Assembly: GCA_965206745.1 (NCBI GenBank)
Contig: OZ242220.1
Location: forward strand, 1,056,001-1,120,000
Direction: 5' to 3'
Source of the DNA: Nitrosopumilus sp.
GTDB taxonomy: Archaea; Thermoproteota; Nitrososphaeria; Nitrososphaerales; Nitrosopumilaceae
Length of the DNA: 64,000 nt
The position numbers and the translations under genes are program-made. The notes under the pieces were generated by a model. It saw nothing but the letters and a program-made list of their open reading frames with translations. It was not told the origin of the DNA and did not search any database. Below are positions 11,337-19,898 of the stretch, piece by piece. Positions within the stretch are counted from its first letter, which is position 1; every line of letters begins with the position of its first letter.

Positions 11337-13205
11337 TTACACCATCAAATTGGGTCTTGCCGAGAGATGTCTAGGCTGATTCAAGCCAGTAAACGGCTTG
11401 CCTCGGGTTATCTCTTTAATTTCATTGATAAAATCATCAAATGGCAACTCACGTACGTCACCTGTTTGTCGCTGACGAATGTTAAGATTTTGCGAGCTTG
11501 CCTCTTTCTTGCCAATGACCAGAATGTATCCAATCCATTCTTTTTCAGCCTCACGAATTCTTTTTGCAATACTTTCGTTTCTGTCATCAATATCAACACG
11601 CACATCATTTGCAGATATTTTGTTGCAGAGGGATTCGGCAAATTCGGTAAACTCTTCCCCAAGAGGAATGATTCGGACTTGGGTAGGAGCTAGCCAAAGT
11701 GGAAACTGAGGCTTTCGTCCCTCGTAGGAATCTTTGGCTGCCTTTTCCAACAAGGCATAGATTATCCGCTCTATTGCACCACTGGGGGAGTTGTGCAAGA
11801 TGATGGGATTTTGCTTTACATTGTTCTCATCAACAAAGTCAATCCCATATCTGTGCCCATTTTCCACATCAATCTGATCAGTTGACAAAGCAGATGCCTT
11901 TCCCAGTCCGTCTATAAAGTTAAACTCCCATTTCAACACAAAGTAAAAGAACTTGTCCTTCCACATTTCAACTAGAACAGGCCGTCCATGTTTCCTTACC
12001 AGTTCCTCGATGGACTGTCTATTGGTATTGTAAAAGTCCTCGGTGAATCGGATTGCCATATCATAGTCAGATTCACAGATTCCAAGATCTCTAAGAACGC
12101 TCTGTGAAAGATCAAATCTAATCTTGATTTCATCGATTGCCTGGGGCATATCTTTGCAAAAGGCATGGCAGTCAGGCATGGTAAATGCCCTTAATCGCCT
12201 CAAACCAACTAGCTCCCCAGATTGTTCTCGCCTAAAGCTATAACGTGTCAACTCGTAGAGCTTGTAGGGCAAATTCTTGTATGATAATTGGTATTGGTTG
12301 GCCATGAGGAATTGGCCAAAACATGCAGCAAATCTCAAAAAGAGTTTCTTGCCCTCAGAGTCAATATTGTACTGTCTTGCAGGGAATCGATTAAAGTAGC
12401 TGACCATGCTTGGATGCTCTGAATCGTACATGATCGGGGTTTCAACCTCATAGCCGCCATACTCTTTGACCCTGTCAGTGACATATCGCTCAATTAGTGA
12501 TTTGATTAAGCGTCCGTTAGGATAAAACCTCATGTTTCCAGAATCAGAAGCAGGTTCGTAATCTGCAATTCCCATCTTCTTCATCAATGCAACATGTGGG
12601 GGCGGTCTATCCACTTTGCGAACTTTTGCAGATTCGTATTTTGCCAAGACCTCCAATTTTGGATGTTTGGAAAAGTCATAGTCGCCGATATTGGTCATTG
12701 TCCCATCAGGGGAGAGTATCTTCCAGACAGAGCGGATTTTGGATTCGCCTTTGAGTGCATCTGAAGTCAATTCCTCCTCAGGCTTTGCAGTTGCAGAGTC
12801 TTTTGTTACGACCTTGGAACTTTCTGCCAGAGGGTGGCCCTTTACTTGGATTTTGTAAGATTTGGTCCAGCCAAAGGGGGAATGTGACACTTCAAGTCCT
12901 GACGAACTATTCTCCATCTCTTTGAGCAAAGTCATCGCAGTTGAAGGCTTTGCAAGATTGGAGCTAAGATGAGCATAAGGGTACAGCAGTAATTTTTTGC
13001 ATCCAATTTTTTCCATAGATGCCTTTATCTGAGATATTGCATTTTGTGCCACAGAGGAATCATCACCGTCCTCAATTGCAACAAAGGCCACCACTAGTTC
13101 TTCTAGCCTTTGGGTCTGAGGGTTCTCGATGTCTTCGGCAGACTGAATCTCTTTTTTTGTCGGAGTGTACTCTATGTGATCACAGTGGAGTTGCAATATA
13201 CGCAT
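11337..13205 (-). CDS. thrS: Threonine--tRNA ligase, archaeal type with N-terminal editing domain
   Basis: Start MRILQLHCD; YPYAHLSS and PFGWTK editing motifs; RFAACFG, SFRREQSGE and HNSPSGAIER. ATG 13205 chosen because a TATA-like element lies about 25 nt upstream. Confidence 0.96.
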   Translation of the reverse strand: MRILQLHCDHIEYTPTKKEIQSAEDIENPQTQRLEELVVAFVAIEDGDDSSVAQNAISQIKASMEKIGCKKLLLYPYAHLSSNLAKPSTAMTLLKEMENSSSGLEVSHSPFGWTKSYKIQVKGHPLAESSKVVTKDSATAKPEEELTSDALKGESKIRSVWKILSPDGTMTNIGDYDFSKHPKLEVLAKYESAKVRKVDRPPPHVALMKKMGIADYEPASDSGNMRFYPNGRLIKSLIERYVTDRVKEYGGYEVETPIMYDSEHPSMVSYFNRFPARQYNIDSEGKKLFLRFAACFGQFLMANQYQLSYKNLPYKLYELTRYSFRREQSGELVGLRRLRAFTMPDCHAFCKDMPQAIDEIKIRFDLSQSVLRDLGICESDYDMAIRFTEDFYNTNRQSIEELVRKHGRPVLVEMWKDKFFYFVLKWEFNFIDGLGKASALSTDQIDVENGHRYGIDFVDENNVKQNPIILHNSPSGAIERIIYALLEKAAKDSYEGRKPQFPLWLAPTQVRIIPLGEEFTEFAESLCNKISANDVRVDIDDRNESIAKRIREAEKEWIGYILVIGKKEASSQNLNIRQRQTGDVRELPFDDFINEIKEITRGKPFTGLNQPRHLSARPNLMV

Positions 13206-13347
13206 GTTAAGAGATGTCAAAATGGGCATAAATATACGATTCCCAAAAACGGAATAATCTCAAAAAAGGTCGACATTTTGAGAGGTCTTTAGGGAATAAT
13301 TCAAAGGGTTTCTATTGAAATTTATTTAAAATCAACACAGATTGCTC

Positions 13348-13497
13348 ATGCAAGGTAAAAAAGATGAGCGCAGACACCGAGAATTGCTCAAAGAGAGGGA
13401 GGAGATGGAGAAAAACAGGCCGCACGGCATTGATGAGATGAGAAGATGGAAGCATACGATGGGGAAGATTTTGCAAGAGTTGGAACTATACAAGTGA
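13348..13497 (+). CDS. Small charged helical protein, 49 aa (not in ORF track)
   Basis: Manual translation: MQGKKDERRHRELLKEREEMEKNRPHGIDEMRRWKHTMGKILQELELYK. TTTATTTAAA at 13321-13330 is at leaderless-promoter spacing. Confidence 0.7.
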   Translation: MQGKKDERRHRELLKEREEMEKNRPHGIDEMRRWKHTMGKILQELELYK

Positions 13498-13558
13498 ACT
13501 AGTCAGATACATTTTAGATCTAAATTCAAATGTACCAGAGGAATAAATCAGGCATAAA

Positions 13559-14056
13559 ATGAAATCATCAGATGTTTTTAGGAAAAGGGATCTCTCCAAA
13601 ATTAACTTCGAGTATGAGGAATTGATTGGCAGGGACTTGTCAGATTCTAACATGAAAGGGGTCAACCTCAAAAACAGGGACATCCACAATGCCAATCTGA
13701 GCTGCACAGACCTTAGCGAAGCTGATTTGAGCGGTGCAATATTATTTCATGTGAAAATGAGGGGTGCAGACTTGCAGATGGCAAAGCTCTCAAATGCAAA
13801 ACTATGGGATGCCGAACTGTATGGGGCAGACATGCGAGGGGCAGACATTAGAGGTGCAGACTTGTTTTATGCGGATTTGCGCAGTGCGGATTTGAGCGGT
13901 GCCAATCTCAGGGGAGTCAATCTCAGACATGCTAATTTTCAGGGAGCTGTGCTAAAATCAACAGATTTTCACGGAGCTAACTACGATTCGCACACGCTAG
14001 ATACAGTCTCAGATGATGCAAAAAACCAATTAAAAGAACAAGGCAGATCATGGTAA
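13559..14056 (+). CDS. Pentapeptide repeat protein
   Basis: Long run of A(D/N)Lxx pentapeptides (ANLSC, ADLSG, ADMRG, ADIRG, ADLFY, ANLRG). Confidence 0.93.
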   Translation: MKSSDVFRKRDLSKINFEYEELIGRDLSDSNMKGVNLKNRDIHNANLSCTDLSEADLSGAILFHVKMRGADLQMAKLSNAKLWDAELYGADMRGADIRGADLFYADLRSADLSGANLRGVNLRHANFQGAVLKSTDFHGANYDSHTLDTVSDDAKNQLKEQGRSW

Positions 14057-14101
14057 GATAAATTGAAATTTCAAAACAGAGACAGATTCAAAATTCACAG
14101 A

Positions 14102-14437
14102 TCACTTTGTCTTTCCCCTCAATGTTATAATTGAACGCAGGATTAGTCCGGATATCCCCAAGTTGGAGGTGAGAAATTCAGTCGCCCTTGCCAGGGGGTC
14201 CTCTCCACGAAACCCCTCATCATAAATCATTTCAACTGAACCGCGATTAGTCTCAACAAAGGAAGTAATCAGTGAAAAATCACCTAGTCGGGCATCAGTC
14301 CTTTCGACGTATAACCTCAATTCAACTTTGGAGATTATGAATTCGTCTTGGATGAAATTCCCAGATGAAAGCAAAACGTCAACATCGTTAGGAGTCCTAT
14401 CAACCCTTGCAGGATCATGCAAATCAACTATGTCCAT
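14102..14437 (-). CDS. Hypothetical protein, 111 aa
   Basis: Likely start is MDIVDLHDP at 14437; the longer track ORF would overlap the divergent deoxyhypusine synthase gene. Confidence 0.7.
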   Translation of the reverse strand: MDIVDLHDPARVDRTPNDVDVLLSSGNFIQDEFIISKVELRLYVERTDARLGDFSLITSFVETNRGSVEMIYDEGFRGEDPLARATEFLTSNLGISGLILRSIITLRGKTK

Positions 14438-14535
14438 TTGATATCGTTTTATATCATTGCTAAATAAGTGATAAATGCAAACGATTTTTGCATCATTTTC
14501 GATAGCATTATTTACTGAAAAAATGATTTTCAGAC

Positions 14536-15624
14536 ATGGATCCTCACAGATTTCATGGCAAAGATATCCCTCACATAAAATTGGATCCGAAAATGACAAT
14601 AGAGGACTTGGTGGATGTTTTTGCAAATTCAGGGTATAACGGACGTCAGTTAGGAGATGCTGCCAAACTGTACGCAAAAATGATCAAAGAGGATGCGACA
14701 ATTTGCCTGACAGTTTCAGGTGCAATGACGCCGGTAGGATTTGGAGGGATAATCAAAACCCTAATCGAGAGAGGGTTTGTGGACTGGATCGTCACAACTG
14801 GTGCCAATGTGTATCACGAGGATCATTTTGCATGGGGCCTGCCAGTGAAGCAAGGAAGTTTTGATGTCGATGACATGAAGCTGTATGAGAATGAAATTGT
14901 CAGGATCAGAGATGTGTATATCAAGTTTCATGAAACGCTAGAAGTCCAGGATGAACTAATACAAAAAATGTTCGGGGATGATTTTCCAGACAAGCCATTT
15001 ACGACTGCAGAGTTTTGCAACTTGATGGGAAAGATGAGTAAGGAAAAGGCAAAGTATCCTGAAAAAAGTTTCGTCACGGCAGCATATGACTATGATGTTC
15101 CAGTATACATTTCAACAATAAAAGACTCGTCGCTGGCATTGGACCTGGCAGTTCACAGATTGCGAGGTAAAACATACAGTTTGGATTTTCTAAGGGAGAT
15201 CATCGAGCAAGCAGCCATTCTGTATGATTCTGAAAAATCAGGAATTGTAGAATTGGGCGGAGGCGTTCCAAAAAATACGGCCCAGCAGACAGGCCCACTA
15301 TTGGATCAAATTCTAAAAAGAGAGGACGGGGGACAGGACTATATCATCCAGATTACAGATGCGCGTCCAGACACGGGAGGTCTGTCAGGAGCTACGCTTC
15401 AAGAAGGAAAAAGCTGGGGCAAAATCCAAGACGCACATAATGGAATGGTTACAGTCTATGTAGATGCAACAATAGCATTTCCGATTCTTGCACTGTATGT
15501 TCTCAGCAATCAGAAAACCAGAAAGCCAAAAAGACTTTACAAGAAGCTAGGCAGCCTGTACAAAAATCTAAGTGACGACTATTTCAAAAATCCAGATAAT
15601 AAAAAACCCAAGAAGGAGAACTAA
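14536..15624 (+). CDS. dys: Deoxyhypusine synthase family protein
   Basis: SGAMTP, TTGAN, GGGVPKN and DTGGLSGATLQEGKSWGK (active-site Lys) motifs. Confidence 0.9.
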   Translation: MDPHRFHGKDIPHIKLDPKMTIEDLVDVFANSGYNGRQLGDAAKLYAKMIKEDATICLTVSGAMTPVGFGGIIKTLIERGFVDWIVTTGANVYHEDHFAWGLPVKQGSFDVDDMKLYENEIVRIRDVYIKFHETLEVQDELIQKMFGDDFPDKPFTTAEFCNLMGKMSKEKAKYPEKSFVTAAYDYDVPVYISTIKDSSLALDLAVHRLRGKTYSLDFLREIIEQAAILYDSEKSGIVELGGGVPKNTAQQTGPLLDQILKREDGGQDYIIQITDARPDTGGLSGATLQEGKSWGKIQDAHNGMVTVYVDATIAFPILALYVLSNQKTRKPKRLYKKLGSLYKNLSDDYFKNPDNKKPKKEN

Positions 15625-15833
15625 AACTTGTCAAATCGTGCACGTTCAAGATCACGATCGTCTTTAGATTCTTTCTTGTATTCTTTGTAATGAGCTTTGC
15701 AGAGGACGGTTTTTTTTCCAGTTGAATTTACGCGAAGCCCAGCGTTTTCAACTTTGCTAGTATTAAGAGAACGAGCACCATCCTGATCACAGCCATCATA
15801 GTTACATTTTGCTCCTTTGGACACTATTCCCAT
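15621..15833 (-). CDS. Small protein with putative Zn site (CxxxxC...CxxH)
   Basis: CNYDGC...LCKAHY; clean ORF with a TATA-like element upstream. Confidence 0.75.
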   Translation of the reverse strand: MGIVSKGAKCNYDGCDQDGARSLNTSKVENAGLRVNSTGKKTVLCKAHYKEYKKESKDDRDLERARFDKF

Positions 15834-15925
15834 GTAAACCGATATTCAAGATGTTATTTATACTTGAAAACGATTTGAAGGTTTGATATCATCACCAAAG
15901 CAGTAGATGTGAAAATGGTTCATCG

Positions 15926-15933
15926 TTTATAAG
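15926..15933 (+). promoter_or_regulatory. Archaeal TATA box for rps25e
   Basis: TTTATAAG lies about 23-30 nt upstream of ATG 15956. Confidence 0.6.
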
Positions 15934-15955
15934 AGGAATATTTTTTTCTAAAAAT

Positions 15956-16264
15956 ATGGGCGGAGGAAAAAAGCCAACATCTGGAAACAAAGACAGATCA
16001 GCAGGCTCCAAAGACACAAAGAAAAAGAAAGACAAGGGCGAGGGTGGCCCAAGGAAAGCAGAGATCACAGTTATCGTAAATGAACAGCAAGCGTTAAAAA
16101 TTATTCAAAATTCCAAAGTACTCACAGTACAAGATCTTGCAAGACAGACCGGCGTTAAAATTTCAGCGGCAAACGCATTTCTAATAGAGTCTACAAGCAA
16201 AGGAATTGTAAAAAGAGTCGGCGGATATTCTGGTCATCATTTGTATCAGGCAGTATCTTCATAG
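15956..16264 (+). CDS. rps25e: 30S ribosomal protein S25e
   Basis: Basic MGGGKKP N-terminus followed by a winged helix (LTVQDLARQTGVKISAA...GIVKRV...HHLY). Confidence 0.85.
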   Translation: MGGGKKPTSGNKDRSAGSKDTKKKKDKGEGGPRKAEITVIVNEQQALKIIQNSKVLTVQDLARQTGVKISAANAFLIESTSKGIVKRVGGYSGHHLYQAVSS

Positions 16265-16632
16265 ATACAAAGAACATCTCCAGATTTAACATCGTTGAGC
16301 ACCCCAGTATCCCCATCAAGTCTTCCTATAGGAGTCATAGCTTTTGTAAATACCGCATCATTTAAGAAAAAACACAGACTCCCAGTAGAAGGCAAAAATG
16401 CAACATCGCCTTTTTTGAATTCAGTTCTTGATCTTTCAATTCCAGAATCAATACTAGATTCAAAGTACAGAATGCTTTTTCCAAGCAAGTGGGCATGTCC
16501 CTCCAATGGCAGGGATCTCAGGATAGTTCCAACGGTTCTCGGGGACAAGTGTCGTTTTAGATCACATGAGATTTTTGCCTTTCCACGGATTTCCAAAACT
16601 AGTTGTTTTCTAGAGACTGACGATATACTCAA
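16246..16632 (-). CDS. Cyclophilin-like fold protein (DUF369/TM1367-like)
   Basis: SPRTV...LRSLP, GDVAFLP...LCFF and TPIGR motifs. Confidence 0.75.
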   Translation of the reverse strand: MSISSVSRKQLVLEIRGKAKISCDLKRHLSPRTVGTILRSLPLEGHAHLLGKSILYFESSIDSGIERSRTEFKKGDVAFLPSTGSLCFFLNDAVFTKAMTPIGRLDGDTGVLNDVKSGDVLCIYEDTA

Positions 16633-16684
16633 TTCGTTCTTTAAAATGATTAGATTATATAACGTTTTAAGGAAATTTTCTTAC

Positions 16685-17179
16685 TTGCCTGATGTTAATG
16701 AACCTGAATTGATTGAAGCTCCACAGCCCGAAGAAGAGGCAGTTGTGGAGGTTGAGGAAAATGCAGGGCTGAACAAGGCACTAGAGACGTATCGGAAACT
16801 AATCGACAGAAAAGATCTAAAAGAGCCACTGACAGAAAAAGAACAAGACAGTCTCGAAAAAAAAATCAAAGAGATTGAAAACAGAGAGGTTGTTGAGAAG
16901 GTCGAAGAACACGAACCAGTCGAAATTCCTTGTGAGAAGAACAAAATTACAATTGGCCCGCCAACGTTGACAAGATTTGAAAAGGCAAGAATCATGGGAG
17001 CCAGAGCACTGCAATTATCGTTAGGTGCACCGCCATTTATCCCAATTCCAAAATCAGCTAGGATTTCATTGGATATATCAATGGAAGAACTAGATCAAAG
17101 AGTGATCCCGATCACAATCAGAAGAGTACTTCCCAACGGCGATTATCAAAACATCCCAATTGATTACTTTGAGAAATGA
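16685..17179 (+). CDS. rpoK: DNA-directed RNA polymerase subunit Rpo6 (K) with long N-terminal extension
   Basis: LTRFEKARIMGARALQLSLGAP and IPITIRRVLP motifs; probable TTG start at 16685, since the track ORF start overlaps the opposite-strand gene. Confidence 0.92.
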   Translation: MPDVNEPELIEAPQPEEEAVVEVEENAGLNKALETYRKLIDRKDLKEPLTEKEQDSLEKKIKEIENREVVEKVEEHEPVEIPCEKNKITIGPPTLTRFEKARIMGARALQLSLGAPPFIPIPKSARISLDISMEELDQRVIPITIRRVLPNGDYQNIPIDYFEK

Positions 17180-17230
17180 ATCAATGGTCGATAAAACTTA
17201 AAAGAACATAAAATTTCTAAATAGTGAATA

Positions 17231-17548
17231 ATGCTCATGGAAGAGACAACTAACCTATACAGTCAAGAGCAGATCGAGAAACTTGAAGGTACCACAATAC
17301 AAATTGGAAATTATCCGGTAATGGAGTCAGCCATAGAGGTATTGGAGATTCTTGGCAGAAGGAAGAAGGTAATTCTAAAATCCAAAGGGAACTCGATTCC
17401 TAACGCAGTGGCAATAGCAAACATCATTACAGAAAAAATGCTCAAAGGAAACTCCCGTGTTCAAAAAATCAAACTCGACACAGTTGCCGCTGCAGGTATC
17501 GGTGATATGACATCAACGATTGAGATTATTTTGATTAAAACTCAGTAA
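17231..17548 (+). CDS. Alba-family DNA/RNA-binding protein
   Basis: IQIGNYPVM, VILKSKGNSIPNAVAIANI and STIEIIL match the Alba fold pattern. Confidence 0.8.
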   Translation: MLMEETTNLYSQEQIEKLEGTTIQIGNYPVMESAIEVLEILGRRKKVILKSKGNSIPNAVAIANIITEKMLKGNSRVQKIKLDTVAAAGIGDMTSTIEIILIKTQ

Positions 17549-17958
17549 ACGCTTCCAGGACCCTTAAGAAGCATGTTTTCACATTCTTTGCAGACCTGCT
17601 CATCAATGTTGGACTCTAAATTGTGATGTATCTCACAGATTAACAGACTTGATTTGATATAGTTGCAAAGTCCGATAAACTTTGAAAGGTTTGATGGGGT
17701 ATATGCCATGTCTGAGGAAAGACTATCACTTAATTCTTCAATCATTGTTGCAACTTGCTTTTCTGCCAAAAGTTTTGCAATCAGGGAAGGATCACCTCTG
17801 GTGCCTCGAATGTAGTTGCTGATTGCAGCTTGGGTAACTCCGAGCATTTTTGAAATCTCGTCTTCTCTGATATTATGATCTTCTGCAAGTTTTTTGGCAA
17901 GGATTGCCCGTAATGCAGGAATCAGGGTTTTGGACTCTATTTCAGCAGGAAGTAGCAT
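17542..17958 (-). CDS. HTH transcriptional regulator with C-terminal Cys/His cluster
   Basis: IPALRAILAKKL...EISKMLGVTQAAISNYIRGTRG; CEIHH...CKEC. Confidence 0.85.
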   Translation of the reverse strand: MLLPAEIESKTLIPALRAILAKKLAEDHNIREDEISKMLGVTQAAISNYIRGTRGDPSLIAKLLAEKQVATMIEELSDSLSSDMAYTPSNLSKFIGLCNYIKSSLLICEIHHNLESNIDEQVCKECENMLLKGPGSVY

Positions 17959-18066
17959 TATTCCTCAAGAGTCAAATTAAGGATTTAAATCTTGCAATCA
18001 AACGGCACACATTCATTCAGCCTCATCAGGCATATCTATTTTAATTTCAAGATAACATCCAATACA

Positions 18067-19011
18067 TTGGAAGAATTTTCTCAAAATCTTTACAGAGCTT
18101 TAGAGGATTCGTGCAACCAATGCAGATCAGATCTGATTTCATTGTCAGGCGGATTGGACAGTACCATCATTGCATATTTTCTGAAATCAAGAAAGCCCAA
18201 AACTGTGGCAGTAATTGCAGAGGATTTTGTTTCAACCGATCTCACATATTGCCAAATGGCATCAAAGGAGATGCAACTACCATTGACAATTTACAGTGCC
18301 AGTACAGAGCAGATTCTAGAGGCAGTCGAGGAGACGATAAGAATCTTGAAAAATTTCAACGACATTGAAATTCGCAACAACGTTGTAATGTATTTGGCAA
18401 TAAGATGGGCAAAGGAAAGGGGGGAGAAATCAATCATCACAGGTGACGGTGCAGATGAGTTGTTTGCAGGGTATAGTTTCCTCATAAACAAATCAGAAGA
18501 AGAGTTGGAAAGAGAGATTAAAAGAATATGCTCGATAATGCATTTTCCGACACAGGCAATAGGCAAAGCATTGGGAATCGGCATAGAGTCGCCTTTTCTA
18601 AGTGACACGGTGATGCAGATGGCTAAAAAAATTCCAGTTAATCTCAAGGTCAGAGAAGAGGACGGGAAGAGGCAGGGCAAGTGGATATTACGCAAGACAT
18701 TTGAAAAAAGCATACCACGGCAAATCGCATGGAGGGGAAAATCACCAATGCAGGAGGGCTCTGGTACTGCAGGATTGACGGATCTCTTTGAGTCCATAGT
18801 GGACAAGGAGATGTTTGCCAAGAAGAGATTGGCGGTTAAAGAAGATGACGGCGTAGTGATTAGAACCAGAGAATCAATGTATTACTATGAGATTTTTAAA
18901 AAATTCCATGGGACACCAGTTGATTCCAAGTCAGATCAAGTGTGCCCATATTGCAAACACCGTGTGGGAGGATCGAAATTTTGTAGGATGTGTGGGGCGT
19001 TCCCAATCTAG
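18067..19011 (+). CDS. Asparagine synthetase C-terminal (synthetase) domain protein with Zn ribbon
   Basis: PP-loop SLSGGLDS, TGDGADELFAGY, SPFL and KWILRK; C-terminal CPYC...CRMC; no Ntn glutaminase domain. Start uncertain (TTG 18067 or 17992). Confidence 0.85.
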   Translation: MEEFSQNLYRALEDSCNQCRSDLISLSGGLDSTIIAYFLKSRKPKTVAVIAEDFVSTDLTYCQMASKEMQLPLTIYSASTEQILEAVEETIRILKNFNDIEIRNNVVMYLAIRWAKERGEKSIITGDGADELFAGYSFLINKSEEELEREIKRICSIMHFPTQAIGKALGIGIESPFLSDTVMQMAKKIPVNLKVREEDGKRQGKWILRKTFEKSIPRQIAWRGKSPMQEGSGTAGLTDLFESIVDKEMFAKKRLAVKEDDGVVIRTRESMYYYEIFKKFHGTPVDSKSDQVCPYCKHRVGGSKFCRMCGAFPI

Positions 19012-19154
19012 ATATTTTTTTTGTATTTTCTGGGTTTTTTCAGAAAGATTCGTCTGCACCCCGAACAGCAAAAATAGATTTTTTTCCCATCATGATCATG
19101 AAGTAATGCTAATTCCTCATCTAGCTCTATTCCACATACAGGATCCACTGGCAC
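19008..19154 (-). CDS. YHS/TRASH-domain metal-binding microprotein, 48 aa (not in ORF track)
   Basis: Manual translation from GTG: MPVDPVCGIELDEELALLHDHDGKKIYFCCSGCRRIFLKKPRKYKKNI, with DPVCG...YFC..GC...F...P..Y. Minus-strand TATAAA at 19178-19183. Confidence 0.9.
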   Translation of the reverse strand: MPVDPVCGIELDEELALLHDHDGKKIYFCCSGCRRIFLKKPRKYKKNI

Positions 19155-19471
19155 ATGTTTTCCACTCCCAAATTCAATTTATAGTTTCATCTATTCAAAG
19201 TCAATATCAGGTAGGTCAGGGCAGTACACACATACGTTTGTGGAATTTGGGATTCAACCCATAGAGATGCATCAGATACAATCTTTACAATGCACTCAAT
19301 ATCAGGGGTCAAGTCTTCATCGCATCCATGCATTGAATTTTACACAAAGGATTCCAGCTTTTTGATTTAGGCACTGCTAGAAATCAAGATCAAACCTTCC
19401 ACCCAAGAACCATCAGGCAAAACGAACACAGTCAAGATCGCAAAGTTTCAAAGATACAGGCCAGGTTAAAT

Positions 19472-19837
19472 TTACGACTGGATTATTTCAATGATTTTTT
19501 TGGGCAACGAGTCATAATCAATATCGGGTTCAGATACAACATACAAAATATCATCATTGATTATTACGCTAATTGCAAGGGCACGTTGACGGGAGGCCAT
19601 TGCAAAATTTACAGGGCCCAATTGTTTGTCAAACTCCTTTCTCATCTTAACACGCAAGGCAATCTCCATGAAAAGCATTTCGTCATCCTTTTCATTCTCT
19701 AGTGGTTCAACGTTTTCTTTCATTCCGCCGGCAACCAATCTGCCACGTTCATTGATTACCCCAGCAAACCGAATCTTAGGATCAATTGTAAATACAGAGT
19801 TGCAGATCTTTGCATAATCATAAATTTTTGAGGACAA
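19472..19837 (-). CDS. Thaumarchaeal roadblock/profilin-like family protein (DUF6659-like)
   Basis: IDPKIRFAGVINERGRLVAGGMK...MRKEFDKQLG; paralogue of 62821-63213. Confidence 0.75.
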   Translation of the reverse strand: MSSKIYDYAKICNSVFTIDPKIRFAGVINERGRLVAGGMKENVEPLENEKDDEMLFMEIALRVKMRKEFDKQLGPVNFAMASRQRALAISVIINDDILYVVSEPDIDYDSLPKKIIEIIQS

Positions 19838-19898
19838 ATTACTACAACTCTAAATGACACTCATTTATTACCTTATACGGAATTTTATGGCTGATGAT

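Noticed and set aside
14438-14677. N-terminal extension of the 191-aa minus-strand ORF
   Set aside because: It overlaps the deoxyhypusine synthase start and the divergent promoter region.
16295-16684. Long N-terminal part of the 294-aa track ORF for rpoK
   Set aside because: It is antisense to the cyclophilin-like gene; the real start is probably TTG 16685.
19187-19333. Short minus-strand ORF MHGCDEDLTPDIEC...
   Set aside because: No coherent motif, and it runs into the promoter region of the YHS gene.
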